From Patescibacteria group bacterium (lineage in GTDB: Bacteria > Patescibacteriota > Minisyncoccia > Phycocordibacterales > SBAW01): 64,000 nucleotides of DNA. The stretch covers positions 39,295 through 103,294 of the forward strand of contig JAZKAA010000003.1 of assembly GCA_040389385.1 (NCBI GenBank), in the 5' to 3' direction. Numbering within the stretch: the stretch's first letter is position 1; each line of letters starts with the position of its first letter. The notes beneath the pieces were generated by a model, which saw only the letters and a program-made list of their open reading frames with translations, had not been told where the DNA came from and did not search any database. Shown here one piece after another: positions 39,724 through 49,569 of the stretch. The translations under genes and the position numbers were made by a program.

Positions 39724-40824
39724 ATGTCTAAAGAAGCTGAACAAGTTGATATTGATGTACCTGCATCCGTGATGCAGGCCTTTGCCGAGCAGGCACAGGA
39801 GGTCCCGCGCGAGGGCGAGATAGTCGAGGGCAAGGTTTTGGCCTTGGACCGCGCACGGCTCTACATCGACCTGCCGCCGTGGGGCACGGGCATTATCTAC
39901 GGACGCGAGTATATGGCCGCCCGCGAGGTCATCAAGCGCACCAATGTCGGCGATATTATCGCCGCCAAAATAATCTCCACCAATACCAAAGACGGCTACA
40001 TCGAGCTCTCGCTCAAAGAGGCGCGCCAGGCCGCCACATGGGCGCAGGCCGAGGAGATACTCAAGAGCAAGGCTTTGCTCGAGCTGGTTATCAAAGAGGC
40101 AAACAAGGGCGGGCTTATTATCGAGTGGCAGGGTCTGAGTGGCTTTCTCCCCGCGTCGCAGCTCAAGGCCGAGCACTACCCGCGCGTAGCCGACGGCGAC
40201 AAGGACAAAATACAAGTCGAGTTGCGCAAACTGGTCGGGACTAAAATTCCGGTCTCGGTAATCGGCGTCAGTCCGAAGGAAGGCAAACTAATATTTAGCG
40301 AAAAGGGCGTTGATGATAAAGAAAAGCAGGAGCTCATACAAAATTACAATGTCGGCGACACCGTTACCGGCGAAGTTACGGGCATGGTTGACTTTGGCGT
40401 CTTTGTTAAGTTGGAAGAGGGCTTGGAGGGCCTCGTGCACATAAGCGAAATTGACTGGGGCTTGGTAGATGACCCGCGCCACTTCTTTAAGGTGGGCGAA
40501 AAGCTCAAGGTTAAGATAATTGATATAAAAGAGGGCAAGATAAGTCTGTCTGTGAAGCAGCTCAAGGACAACCCGTGGCAGGTCGCAAGCGAAAAGTATC
40601 ACAAGGGCGACAAAGTCGAGGGCGTGGTGATTAAATTTAACAAGCACGGCGCGCTCGCCTCTATCGAGGAGGGCATCGCAGGGCTTATCCACGTCAGCGA
40701 GTTTGGCACCGAGGAGGGTCTGCGCCGCAACCTCTCGCTCGGCAGCCGCTACCCGTTTACAATCTCGTTGTTTGACCCCAAGGAAATGCGCATGGCACTC
40801 TCCTACACCGGCGACAAGAAATAG
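39724..40824 (+). CDS. rpsA: 30S ribosomal protein S1 (four S1 domains)
   Basis: NKGGL, GFLPASQL, FGVFV, EGLVHISEI. Confidence 0.9.
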   Translation: MSKEAEQVDIDVPASVMQAFAEQAQEVPREGEIVEGKVLALDRARLYIDLPPWGTGIIYGREYMAAREVIKRTNVGDIIAAKIISTNTKDGYIELSLKEARQAATWAQAEEILKSKALLELVIKEANKGGLIIEWQGLSGFLPASQLKAEHYPRVADGDKDKIQVELRKLVGTKIPVSVIGVSPKEGKLIFSEKGVDDKEKQELIQNYNVGDTVTGEVTGMVDFGVFVKLEEGLEGLVHISEIDWGLVDDPRHFFKVGEKLKVKIIDIKEGKISLSVKQLKDNPWQVASEKYHKGDKVEGVVIKFNKHGALASIEEGIAGLIHVSEFGTEEGLRRNLSLGSRYPFTISLFDPKEMRMALSYTGDKK

Positions 40825-40855
40825 TACGTACATAGGTACGTACCTAAGTACGTAA
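40824..40855. repeat. Three GTACGTA(C) motifs with a 12-bp period
   Basis: Copies start at 40824, 40836 and 40848. Confidence 0.7.
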
Positions 40856-40871
40856 TAAAAAAACCGCCTCG

Positions 40872-41558
40872 TCACTTTGACGGAGCGGTTTGCGTTTGAG
40901 CGGGTTGTTCAGGGTGCTTCCAGGAGTAGCCAACTCCATACAGAGTCAAAATGTGATCCGTCCTGCATCCGACTGACCGAAGGATGTCGCGCACTTTGCG
41001 TATATTGCTATCCACCGACCTCATATCAAGGTGGCCGGGAATGCCATACCGGTCGGCAAGAAACTCACGGCTTACAAACTTGCCAGCGCGCAGGAGCAAC
41101 GCCTCGATAGCGCTAAACAGCGCTGTCGGGACGTAAATCTCTTCCCTCTCACCATACCGGATGCGGTGTGTCTCGATATCCACCTCAAGGTCGCCGGATC
41201 GTATCACCGATGACGCAAATCCGTGATATCTTCGCGCCACCGCAAAGAGCCTTGGCAAGAGTTCCTTCCGCGAGCAAACAAAGTCGTCTGCTCCCGCCTC
41301 AAGACTCTCAATCTCGCCGATTGCCCACTCGTTGTCGACCACGACCACGAGCGGTGCTGCTGCGAGTAAGTGGATTTTTGTTATGTCTGCAAAGTCGTCG
41401 TCAACCAACGTTGACCTCGCCAACACAATCGCGTCAGCCTTGCAGGAGTCGGCGAGCTCGACCGCCCTGCTTATGGACGTAACTTGCGAGACATGCCACA
41501 GGCGGCTTAGCGCCGTGGCTCCCCGAAGGCGGGCGTCGCCCACAACTATTGCACGCAT
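40872..41558 (-). CDS. OmpR-family response regulator with degenerate receiver, CtrA-like
   Basis: LEAGADDF, ARRYHGFASSVIRSGDL, wHTH ending TLYGVGY; phospho-Asp apparently missing. Confidence 0.8.
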   Translation of the reverse strand: MRAIVVGDARLRGATALSRLWHVSQVTSISRAVELADSCKADAIVLARSTLVDDDFADITKIHLLAAAPLVVVVDNEWAIGEIESLEAGADDFVCSRKELLPRLFAVARRYHGFASSVIRSGDLEVDIETHRIRYGEREEIYVPTALFSAIEALLLRAGKFVSREFLADRYGIPGHLDMRSVDSNIRKVRDILRSVGCRTDHILTLYGVGYSWKHPEQPAQTQTAPSK

Positions 41559-41630
41559 GGTCTCTCCTTGTCGTTATCCACCCCGAGCATACGCAAGGCC
41601 GGCTATGTAGTCAATTAAAAAACCGCCTCG

Positions 41631-41984
41631 TCATGTCGACGGGGCGGTTTTGGTTGATGGAGGCCGAAGTACGTACCCCCTCTTCATGGTCTGCGGCAAA
41701 TACAAATCCGCATCGTCCCCAAACTTTGACCTAAGGTGGTTGTAACAGGCGGTGACGATTCTTTGTTGCGGCAGCCCGCTGGACCCATAGATATGAAGAG
41801 CCAACGTTGACAAACTGACAGGGACACCGTTCCTAAGAGCAAGGTAGCGCAAAAGATTGTGCTCTTTTACACTTACACTCAAGAACTTGTCTTTGAAGAA
41901 AACCATAGTCGACACCAGACTAAGTTTGAGTTCCCCCACTACAATTTCGTAGGGATAAGGGCTCTTGCGTACACGTACATTCAT
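41631..41984 (-). CDS. Stand-alone OmpR-type winged-helix domain, CtrA-like
   Basis: KEHNLLRYLALRNG, HIYG, RGYVLRP. Confidence 0.72.
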   Translation of the reverse strand: MNVRVRKSPYPYEIVVGELKLSLVSTMVFFKDKFLSVSVKEHNLLRYLALRNGVPVSLSTLALHIYGSSGLPQQRIVTACYNHLRSKFGDDADLYLPQTMKRGYVLRPPSTKTAPST

Positions 41985-42073
41985 GCCGTGTCTCCCCTGT
42001 TCCGTCGTGAGTATACCCAAGCGCCGTTTTGCGGCAAGGCAATAAAAAAACCGCTCCCAATGTGGGGCGGTTT

Positions 42074-43039
42074 TTATGTGCGTGCGGTTATCATCTCCGA
42101 AAGCGACTGCCCGTCGTGCGTACGACGGATTGCCTCGGCGACTTTTGGCGCAAGCGACAGCACCGTTACCTTGACCCGCTTGGTCTCAAGCCGTTCCGGC
42201 GTATGAGGGATCGAGTCTGTGACGATAATCTCGGAGAACGGACTGTCATCAAAGATTGCCGCTCCTTTGGAAAAGAGCGCGTGCGTGGCAAAGGCATACA
42301 TGTCTTTTGCCCCGGCATCCTTTGCAGCCTTGGCGTTGGCAATAAGTGTGCCGCCGCTGTCGATGATATCATCGACAATCAGCACATGTTTGCCGGCAAC
42401 ATCGCCGATGATGTTCACCTTTTCGACGGCACCTGCATTTTTACGCCGCTTGTCGCAGATGACCAGACTTGCCTCGCCGTTGTTAAGGAGCTCGAGGTAC
42501 TTCGAGGCCCGGGGCACCGCACCATTGTCCGGGGCAGCAACCACGTAGTCCCCGCTGAGTATGGTGCGGAGGTACGGCACCGCCACGATAGAACCATAGA
42601 GGTGGTCCGTGACCATTTGGGGATGAAAGTGTGCTGCCGTCTGCTCCGAGTGGAGATCAAACAGCAACGCACGGTCAGCCCCGCGGTGTTTCAGCATATC
42701 CATCATCACGTGCGCGCTGATGGGTACGCGCGGCTTGTCCTTGCGGTCTTGCCGGTTGTAGCCAAGGTAGGTCGGCACGAGCGTGATGCGCTCCGCCGAC
42801 GAGTATCGGGCTGCCTCGCATAAAAGCATCATCTCGATCCAATTTTCCGCCGGCGGACACAGTGAGCCGACGATGTAGAGGTCGGCGCCGCGCACGTTCT
42901 GCTTTATCTCAACGCGCACCTCGCCGTCGCCAAAGCGCCCGACCAATGCGTCGCCAAGATTGACGCTAAGATGCCCGCAAATCTTTTCGGCGAGCACCCG
43001 GCCTGAGCCGGTGGCAAAAACCATCATCCTGTCAGCCAT
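42074..43039 (-). CDS. prs: Ribose-phosphate pyrophosphokinase
   Basis: FGDGEVRV, YNRQDRK, DLHS, APDNG, VDDIIDSGGT. Confidence 0.95.
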   Translation of the reverse strand: MADRMMVFATGSGRVLAEKICGHLSVNLGDALVGRFGDGEVRVEIKQNVRGADLYIVGSLCPPAENWIEMMLLCEAARYSSAERITLVPTYLGYNRQDRKDKPRVPISAHVMMDMLKHRGADRALLFDLHSEQTAAHFHPQMVTDHLYGSIVAVPYLRTILSGDYVVAAPDNGAVPRASKYLELLNNGEASLVICDKRRKNAGAVEKVNIIGDVAGKHVLIVDDIIDSGGTLIANAKAAKDAGAKDMYAFATHALFSKGAAIFDDSPFSEIIVTDSIPHTPERLETKRVKVTVLSLAPKVAEAIRRTHDGQSLSEMITART

Positions 43040-43127
43040 GATGTCAAACTCCCGGTGAATTTTTTCGACGAATCCGCGCCAACTATACGCGAGTACGGAG
43101 TGGCAAGCAACAAAAAAACCGCCAATG

Positions 43128-43469
43128 TCATTTGGCGGCTTGTGTGTCGGGATTAATGAGCTTATAGCCCTTGGAACGCACGGATTTGATGAAGTTCTTC
43201 CCCTCGCACTGGCTCGCAAGGGCTCGCCGCAATAGAGATGCCTGCGTGTCCAGGTTTCGCTTGCATCGGCACTTAGAGCCGTAGAGATGTGTGTGCAACT
43301 TGTCGTGCTCTACCACCTCCTCGGCATCTTGTGCCAGACGATCAAGAAGCAAAAACGACTTCTTGAGCAACGAGACAGGCCTTCCTTTGTACATGACGCA
43401 TATCTGACTGAGATGAATAGCCAACCCGCCGAGCTGCACCACGCGCTCTTTTGTTGCCGCTTCTTGCAT
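43128..43469 (-). CDS. Stand-alone OmpR-type winged-helix domain, CtrA-like
   Basis: HLYG, LRRALASQCEGKNFIKSVRSKGYKL. Confidence 0.72.
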   Translation of the reverse strand: MQEAATKERVVQLGGLAIHLSQICVMYKGRPVSLLKKSFLLLDRLAQDAEEVVEHDKLHTHLYGSKCRCKRNLDTQASLLRRALASQCEGKNFIKSVRSKGYKLINPDTQAAK

Positions 43470-43526
43470 GCTCAACGCTCCCCTGTTCCGCAGAGAGTAT
43501 AGCGCCCCTACTCGCGCACGCAACCC

Positions 43527-44045
43527 TTAGCGGCTGTTTATTTCGCTCATCGCACGGTCTTTGCCGTGCTCTATTAGTAGCTCGAGCGCTTCGCCCACCA
43601 GTTTTTTAACTTTCTTTAGCTTTTCTTTGTCTGCGGGTTTAAATTTGCCCAGCACAAAGTCGGTAATCTTTTCGGGCGCGGGGCGACGCAGCTTGCCGCC
43701 CGCCGTTGCATTGCTTATCCCCACGCGCACGCGCACATACTCCTTGGTCTTGAGCGCCTTCTCTATACTTTTTACCCCGTTGTGCCCGCCAGCGCTGCTA
43801 CCGTAAGAGATTTTGACACGGCCAAGCGGCATGTCGAGCTCATCATGCACCACGACCAGATTTTTGCCCATGCCTATTGCCTTTTTTATCGCAGGACCGC
43901 TGTTGTTCATATACACATTCAGCTCTATCACCTTGGCGCCGGACAATTTGTCCTTAAGCTGCTCTACAAGCTCCTTGCCGACGTTGTGCCGGGTACTTGC
44001 GTACTCGTCGCCGGGGTTTCCCAATCCTACAATCGTGTATTTCAT
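43527..44045 (-). CDS. pth: Peptidyl-tRNA hydrolase
   Basis: VGLGNPG, TRHNVG, YMNNSG, VHDELD, GHNG. Confidence 0.96.
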   Translation of the reverse strand: MKYTIVGLGNPGDEYASTRHNVGKELVEQLKDKLSGAKVIELNVYMNNSGPAIKKAIGMGKNLVVVHDELDMPLGRVKISYGSSAGGHNGVKSIEKALKTKEYVRVRVGISNATAGGKLRRPAPEKITDFVLGKFKPADKEKLKKVKKLVGEALELLIEHGKDRAMSEINSR

Positions 44046-44080
44046 ATTGACTCCTACACAATAACCCATACAATTGCTCC

Positions 44081-44635
44081 ATGCCACAGGAGAGAAGTGA
44101 AAATTTTTTCACCGAGCTCCTCAAGTTTATAGTAGTTGCGGCCGTTATCGTCATACCGATACGCTTTTTTGTCGCGCAACCCTTTATTGTCTCGGGCGAA
44201 AGCATGCACCCCACGTTTGAAAACGGCCAATACCTCGTAGTAGATGAGCTCTCGTACCGCTTTGTCCCGCCGGCACATGGCGATGTAATTATCTTTAAGT
44301 ATCCGCGCGATCCGCGCGAGTACTTTATCAAGCGCATCATCGGCTTGCCCGGCGAGACAGTTAGTATTGCAGGCGGCGAGGTGTCCGTCACCGACGCGAG
44401 CGGCCACACCACCGCCCTGCAGGAGCCGTACGTACACGGAGCAACCAGCGGCAACGACGCCACCTACAGAGTCGGCGCCGACGAGTACTTTGTGATGGGC
44501 GACAATCGCACCCAGAGCTCCGACAGCCGCATCTGGGGCCTCTTGCCGCGGCAAAATATTGTCGGCCGCGCGATCGTGCGGCTCTTCCCCATCTCCTCCA
44601 TTGGCATTTTCCCCGGCAGTATCAGCTCTCAATAA
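44081..44635 (+). CDS. lepB: Signal peptidase I
   Basis: SGESMHPT, IKRIIGLPGE, GDNR..SSDSR. Confidence 0.95.
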   Translation: MPQERSENFFTELLKFIVVAAVIVIPIRFFVAQPFIVSGESMHPTFENGQYLVVDELSYRFVPPAHGDVIIFKYPRDPREYFIKRIIGLPGETVSIAGGEVSVTDASGHTTALQEPYVHGATSGNDATYRVGADEYFVMGDNRTQSSDSRIWGLLPRQNIVGRAIVRLFPISSIGIFPGSISSQ

Positions 44636-44636
44636 T

Positions 44637-45779
44637 ATGAGCATCACAGTACGAGTACCTGTCATCAAAGCTGCTGCACCGCGGCGCGGCGCACCGGTTG
44701 GATTTATCAAACTCTCCTCCGACGTCTCGTCGTTTTACGGCTTTAAACCTATCAAGGCACAGAGCTTTGCTGCGGCCGCCGCTGCACTCTCGGCCCAGCA
44801 TGCGGCACATCCCACCGAGCCCGCGCTGGCATACTTTGCATCGCACTCGCCGGCGCAGCTGCCTTTGCAGACCGGCCTTAACCTGCGCGAGGTGAGCGAG
44901 TTTACTATCTCGGCGGTCGGCGCACCGGGGAGCGTCGGCGAGGTCATACTGATAAAAACGGCCGCCAATATTGCCGAGGAGTGGGGTGCAACCGTGTCGC
45001 GCGTACGCGTCAACGCGCTCGGCGACAAAGACAGCAAGCTGCGCTTTGCACGCGAGCTGGCCAGCTACCTCAGGCGCCACGCGACCGAGCTTAACGACGA
45101 GTGCCGCGAGATGCTGGGCCGCGACCCTATCGCCGCGTTTGCCTGCCAGACACTTGTGAGCCGCGAGGTGGTCGAGGCCGGCCCGCGCCCAATGAACTTT
45201 CTTACAGAAAAGAGCCGCGCGCACTTTAGGGAGGTGCTAGAACACTTGGAAAAGATTGGTCTCCCCTACGAGTTGGACGACACGCTGGTCGGCGACGAGC
45301 GCGAGCCTCGCGTCGCCTTTGCGCTCGACTTGGCCGAGGAGGATGCCACGATACGCCTGGTCCAGGGCGGCAGGTTTGATGACTACCTGCGGCGCATCAC
45401 CAACAAAAAGGAGGGCTCGGCAGTATCGGCCTCTTTGTTTTTTGAAAAGCAGGGCCCCGCCCGCGGCGCCGTTGCACTGCCCGAGATCCGCCGCCGCGCC
45501 AAGATATTTTTTGTCCAGCTGGGCCTGCCCGCCAAGCTTATGGGGCTACGTGTACTCGAGGAGCTGCGCCGCGCGGGCGTGCCGGTGCTGCAGACGTTTA
45601 ACTCCTCATCGCTGGGGCCGCAATTGCAGGCAGCCCGCGACGCCAAAGTGACGCATTTGATAATTATGGGAGCGCGCGAGGCCCTCGACGGCACGGTCTT
45701 GGTGCGCGAGATGTCCAACTCATCGCAAGAGGTCATGCCTGTCGCCCACTTGGCCCGCCACTTGAAAAATTTGAAGTAG
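44637..45779 (+). CDS. Degenerate HisRS-like protein with anticodon-binding domain
   Basis: GGRFDD, HFREVLEHLEKIG, C-terminal IIMGAREALDGTVLVREM; catalytic motifs eroded. Confidence 0.65.
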   Translation: MSITVRVPVIKAAAPRRGAPVGFIKLSSDVSSFYGFKPIKAQSFAAAAAALSAQHAAHPTEPALAYFASHSPAQLPLQTGLNLREVSEFTISAVGAPGSVGEVILIKTAANIAEEWGATVSRVRVNALGDKDSKLRFARELASYLRRHATELNDECREMLGRDPIAAFACQTLVSREVVEAGPRPMNFLTEKSRAHFREVLEHLEKIGLPYELDDTLVGDEREPRVAFALDLAEEDATIRLVQGGRFDDYLRRITNKKEGSAVSASLFFEKQGPARGAVALPEIRRRAKIFFVQLGLPAKLMGLRVLEELRRAGVPVLQTFNSSSLGPQLQAARDAKVTHLIIMGAREALDGTVLVREMSNSSQEVMPVAHLARHLKNLK

Positions 45780-45800
45780 TCTGCTACTCTGTGCAGGCTT

Positions 45801-46055
45801 ATGGCAGTAAACGCAGAGGTCCAGAAAAACGATAACGAGACGGCGGTCAACCTGATCCGCCGCTTTAGCAAGCGCGTACAAGGCGCCGGCCTACTTCCGC
45901 GCATGCGCTCTAACCGCTACAAGACCCGCGCACTGTCCCCCGCTGTCCGCCGCAAGAACGCGCTCAAGCGCCTTGCCCGCCGCGAAAACGTCCAAGAGCT
46001 CATCAAACTCGGCAAAATGATAGAAACTCCCCGCCGCGGACGTGGTAGACGCTAA
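45801..46055 (+). CDS. rpsU: 30S ribosomal protein S21-like
   Basis: Basic; NETAVNLIRRFSKRVQGAG. Confidence 0.7.
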   Translation: MAVNAEVQKNDNETAVNLIRRFSKRVQGAGLLPRMRSNRYKTRALSPAVRRKNALKRLARRENVQELIKLGKMIETPRRGRGRR

Positions 46056-46404
46056 ATTCAACAAAATTAAAGAGTATGTGCTCGGCAAACGCTACGACCT
46101 GTCCGTGGCGTTTTTGACTGCTCCCAAAATGCGAGCGGTCACCAAAAAGACCAAGGGCACAAATCACGTCAGTAATGTACTCTCCTTTCCCCTCTCCAAA
46201 ACCTCGGGCGAGATACTCATCTGTAAAAGCGCGGCAAAGCCCTTTACGGTTGAGTATCTGTTTATCCACGGGCTCTGCCACCTCAAAGGGCTCAAACATG
46301 GTGCTAGTATGGAGGCTAAGGAAGCCCAAATTTTAAAAAAGTTTGGTCTCCGCCAGTATGCAATCAATAGTAACCGGCATAGACGTAGGCTCGCATCACG
46401 TTAA
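46042..46404 (+). CDS. ybeY: rRNA maturation RNase YbeY
   Basis: NVLSFP, GEILI, IHGLCHLKGLKH. Confidence 0.88.
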   Translation: MVDAKFNKIKEYVLGKRYDLSVAFLTAPKMRAVTKKTKGTNHVSNVLSFPLSKTSGEILICKSAAKPFTVEYLFIHGLCHLKGLKHGASMEAKEAQILKKFGLRQYAINSNRHRRRLASR

Positions 46405-47539
46405 GGTCGTTATTGCGCAATCTCCAACCGACCCGCGTGAGCTCCCCCAGATACTGGGCACCGGCTACGCCGAGAGTCGCGGGGTACAAAAGGGCTACGT
46501 CACCGGCGTGCAAGACGCGGCACGCTCTATCGCAGCTGCGCTCTCACAGGCCAGCAAGGCCGCACGGGTCAAGGTCAAGCGCGCGCACCTATCTATCGGC
46601 GGTATGGGGCTCGAGGAGGCCGCCGCGCGCGGCGAGGTGGTTGTCGAGAGGGGCGACAGCATGGTCACCGACAGAGACTTGGCGCGCGCGGCCAAAGCGG
46701 CCGAGGCCGCACTGGCGCCGCAAAACACGCTTAACCGCCGCATACTGCACTCGATACCATTAAGTTATTGGATAGACGGCACCAAAGTACTGGGCAAAAA
46801 CCCCGCGGGGATGAAGGGGGCCCGCGTCAGCGTTGAGATGCTGTTTGTAACCGCGCTCGAACGCCACGTACACGACCTTGTCGAGGCCACCGAGAGCGCG
46901 GGTGTGGAGGTCGAGGACGTGGTCGCGTCGCCGATTGCGGCCTCGTTTGTGGCACTCAACAAAATGCAAAAGCGCGTGGGTTGCATCTTGTGCAACATCG
47001 GCGCGGAGACAACATCTGTTGCCGTGTTTGAAGACTCAGCGCCCGTATCGGTAAAGGTATTCCCCACCGGGGGCTCGGATATCACCAACGACCTTGCGCT
47101 TGGTTTGCGCATCAGTCCTGAAGAGGCCGAGCAATTTAAATTGGGTGCGGTATTGGGCAGCACATTCCCCAAGCGCACGGTCGAAACTATTCTCAACCGC
47201 CGCACGCAAGACCTCTTTAAACAAGTCGAGGCTCATTTAAAAAAGATTGGGCGCGCGGAGTTGTTGCCCGCAGGCGTGGTCCTGACCGGCGGCGGCTCGC
47301 AGCTACATGGCGCGGCCGAGTTGGCCAAGCAGGTGCTCAAATTGCCCGCGCGTATCGCAGGCGCCGACAACTCCAGCCAAGGCGGCCGCTGGCAAGGCCA
47401 GGGCGGCAGCTGGGCGGTGGCCTACGGCCTGACTGTCTGGGGCGCGAGCGAAGGGGCGGAGTTCGAAAATCACGAGCAGGGGGTCTTTATGGACGGGCTC
47501 CGTTCGCTCTGGCGCTGGTTTAAAAAATTCTTGCCGTAA
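46358..47539 (+). CDS. ftsA: Cell division protein FtsA
   Basis: GIDVGS, IGAETT, GGSDITNDL, VLTGGGS. Confidence 0.93.
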   Translation: MQSIVTGIDVGSHHVKVVIAQSPTDPRELPQILGTGYAESRGVQKGYVTGVQDAARSIAAALSQASKAARVKVKRAHLSIGGMGLEEAAARGEVVVERGDSMVTDRDLARAAKAAEAALAPQNTLNRRILHSIPLSYWIDGTKVLGKNPAGMKGARVSVEMLFVTALERHVHDLVEATESAGVEVEDVVASPIAASFVALNKMQKRVGCILCNIGAETTSVAVFEDSAPVSVKVFPTGGSDITNDLALGLRISPEEAEQFKLGAVLGSTFPKRTVETILNRRTQDLFKQVEAHLKKIGRAELLPAGVVLTGGGSQLHGAAELAKQVLKLPARIAGADNSSQGGRWQGQGGSWAVAYGLTVWGASEGAEFENHEQGVFMDGLRSLWRWFKKFLP

Positions 47540-47656
47540 CCAATGACCCGTCGGTCAAAAGATTTATTCGTGTTGGTTGCCATAATTTTGGCGGCTATCC
47601 CGGAGACGAAACTACTATCTAGGGTAACATTGTATATAGTTCCCTTTTTTAGGCTA

Positions 47657-47685
47657 TTGACATTTTAAATAAATAGGAGTATAAT
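47657..47685 (+). promoter_or_regulatory. Sigma70 promoter TTGACA-17-TATAAT
   Basis: Perfect consensus upstream of ORF 47744. Confidence 0.75.
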
Positions 47686-47743
47686 GGGTAGTGAAAGCCC
47701 GCCGAATTTTTCGGCTTTTAAATCGCAATCAAGGGAGAGAGTG

Positions 47744-48193
47744 ATGATCGGAGAGAATAACGCGAGTCTGTCGCATACGCGCAACGAAGGAGGCAACGTG
47801 TGGGTGATTGGCGCAGTGTTCCTGTTGCCGTTCTTCTACATGTGGCGACTCACCAAGGGTGCCGACTTCCTGAGCACCTACATTTGGTACGTGTCGACTG
47901 CGTTCAATGTGGCGGAGGTGGTTGGTGGGCTATGTCTGCTCGGATACCTCATCCAGAAACGCTGGCCGACGGTGTTCGAAAAGCCCCCTACCAAAATCGA
48001 AGGTGGCGCAGTCTACGGCGCCATCAACGGTGCCGGAGGTGCGTTGGCGGCAATTGCCGGGCTGTTGCTCGACAGCTGGACCACAGCGGCCTTGGCATTC
48101 TGGCCCGGGATCTTTATTACCTGTGCTCTGCAGCATGTCGCACACTGGACGTGGCATCAGCTCAAGCGCTGGTACCGTCTATACTCGACCTGA
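47744..48193 (+). CDS. Membrane hypothetical protein inserted between ftsA and ftsZ
   Basis: GGGAG SD, several TM segments, hairpin and T-run downstream. Confidence 0.62.
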   Translation: MIGENNASLSHTRNEGGNVWVIGAVFLLPFFYMWRLTKGADFLSTYIWYVSTAFNVAEVVGGLCLLGYLIQKRWPTVFEKPPTKIEGGAVYGAINGAGGALAAIAGLLLDSWTTAALAFWPGIFITCALQHVAHWTWHQLKRWYRLYST

Positions 48194-48368
48194 TACAACC
48201 AAGCTCCACTGCGAAGGCTCCTCCTTCGATGGTGGAGCTTTTCGTTTGAAACATAAGCGTTTTTTGTCAAACGGGGCCCTCATGGGGCCCCTATTTGCAT
48301 ATGTAAGAGGGCTGGTGGTAGAGTAGCTGGGCATTAACCGCTGAACTATCAATTACTCAAACCCTGAT

Positions 48369-49562
48369 ATGGCGCAAGTACAACCGGAAATAGAGGCATT
48401 CGCACGGATTCGCGTCATTGGTGTTGGAGGCTCGGGCAAAAACGCCACCAACCACATGATAGAGGACAAGGTCCGCGGCGTTGATTTTATCGCCATCAAC
48501 ACCGACGCGCAGGACCTGCACAACTCGCAGGCCAAGAAAAAGATTCATATCGGCAAAAATCTGACGCGCGGCCTTGGCGCAGGGATGAATCCGGAAATAG
48601 GCAAGCGCGCATCGGAGGAAACTAAGGAGGAAATCCAGCAGGCCATAAAAGGCAGCGATATGGTCTTTGTAGCGTGCGGTATGGGCGGCGGCACGGGTAC
48701 CGGCGCGGCGCCTGTTGTTGCGCGCACGGCCAAAGAGATGGGCGCGCTTACGGTAGCTGTTGTTACTAAGCCGTTTAGCTTTGAGGGTCAGCAACGGATG
48801 AAGCTGGCCGAGATAGGACTCGACGAGCTGCGCAAAGAGGTAGACGCGTTGATTGTCATCCCCAACGACCGCTTGCTCGCCACGGTACAAAAAGAGACAA
48901 CTCTTAAGGCCGCATTTGCTATGTGCGACGACGTACTTAAGCAAGCCGTCGAGGGTATCTCCGACCTCATCACCCACCCGGGCATCATCAACGTAGACTT
49001 TGCCGACGTGCGCGCCGTGATGGAAAACTCGGGTAGTGCACTCATGGGCATAGGCGTCAGTAGCGGCGAGGGCCGCGCGGCCGCTGCGGCCAAGGCGGCA
49101 GTCTCTTCTCCTCTCCTCGAACTTTCTATCAACGGCGCAAAGGGCGTGCTGTTTGCCATTGCCGGCCAGGACGACCTCGGCATGCTCGAGGTGCACGAGG
49201 CCGCCAAGATAATCACCGAGTCGGTTGACCCCAACGCCAAGATAATCTTTGGCGCTATCAAAGACGACAAACTCAAAAAGGGCGAGATACGCGTGACTGT
49301 TATTGCGACCGGCTTCCCCACCGGACCATCGGCACCACGTGGCATGCCGCTGTTTAGCTCCTTCCCCAAAGAGGCGGAAAAAGACGTAGCGCCGCTGGGC
49401 AAGATATTTAACTCCCCAACCCGCAAAGAGGAAAAGAAAGAGGAGGTAAAGATGGAGGAGCCCAAAGCCGCTCCCGCGCCGATGGCCCCCAAGCCCGCCA
49501 CCGAGGATGAGGACGAGTGGGGTGCAGTGCCATCCTTCCTCCGCCGCCCAAAAATTAAATAA
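48369..49562 (+). CDS. ftsZ: Cell division protein FtsZ
   Basis: [17 protein letters not shown]-terminal VPSFLRR. Confidence 0.98.
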   Translation: MAQVQPEIEAFARIRVIGVGGSGKNATNHMIEDKVRGVDFIAINTDAQDLHNSQAKKKIHIGKNLTRGLGAGMNPEIGKRASEETKEEIQQAIKGSDMVFVACGMGGGTGTGAAPVVARTAKEMGALTVAVVTKPFSFEGQQRMKLAEIGLDELRKEVDALIVIPNDRLLATVQKETTLKAAFAMCDDVLKQAVEGISDLITHPGIINVDFADVRAVMENSGSALMGIGVSSGEGRAAAAAKAAVSSPLLELSINGAKGVLFAIAGQDDLGMLEVHEAAKIITESVDPNAKIIFGAIKDDKLKKGEIRVTVIATGFPTGPSAPRGMPLFSSFPKEAEKDVAPLGKIFNSPTRKEEKKEEVKMEEPKAAPAPMAPKPATEDEDEWGAVPSFLRRPKIK

Positions 49563-49569
49563 AAAAAAC

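Noticed and set aside
40824-40855. TACGTAC array as an origin of replication
   Set aside because: No DnaA-box cluster, dnaA or AT-rich unwinding element seen nearby
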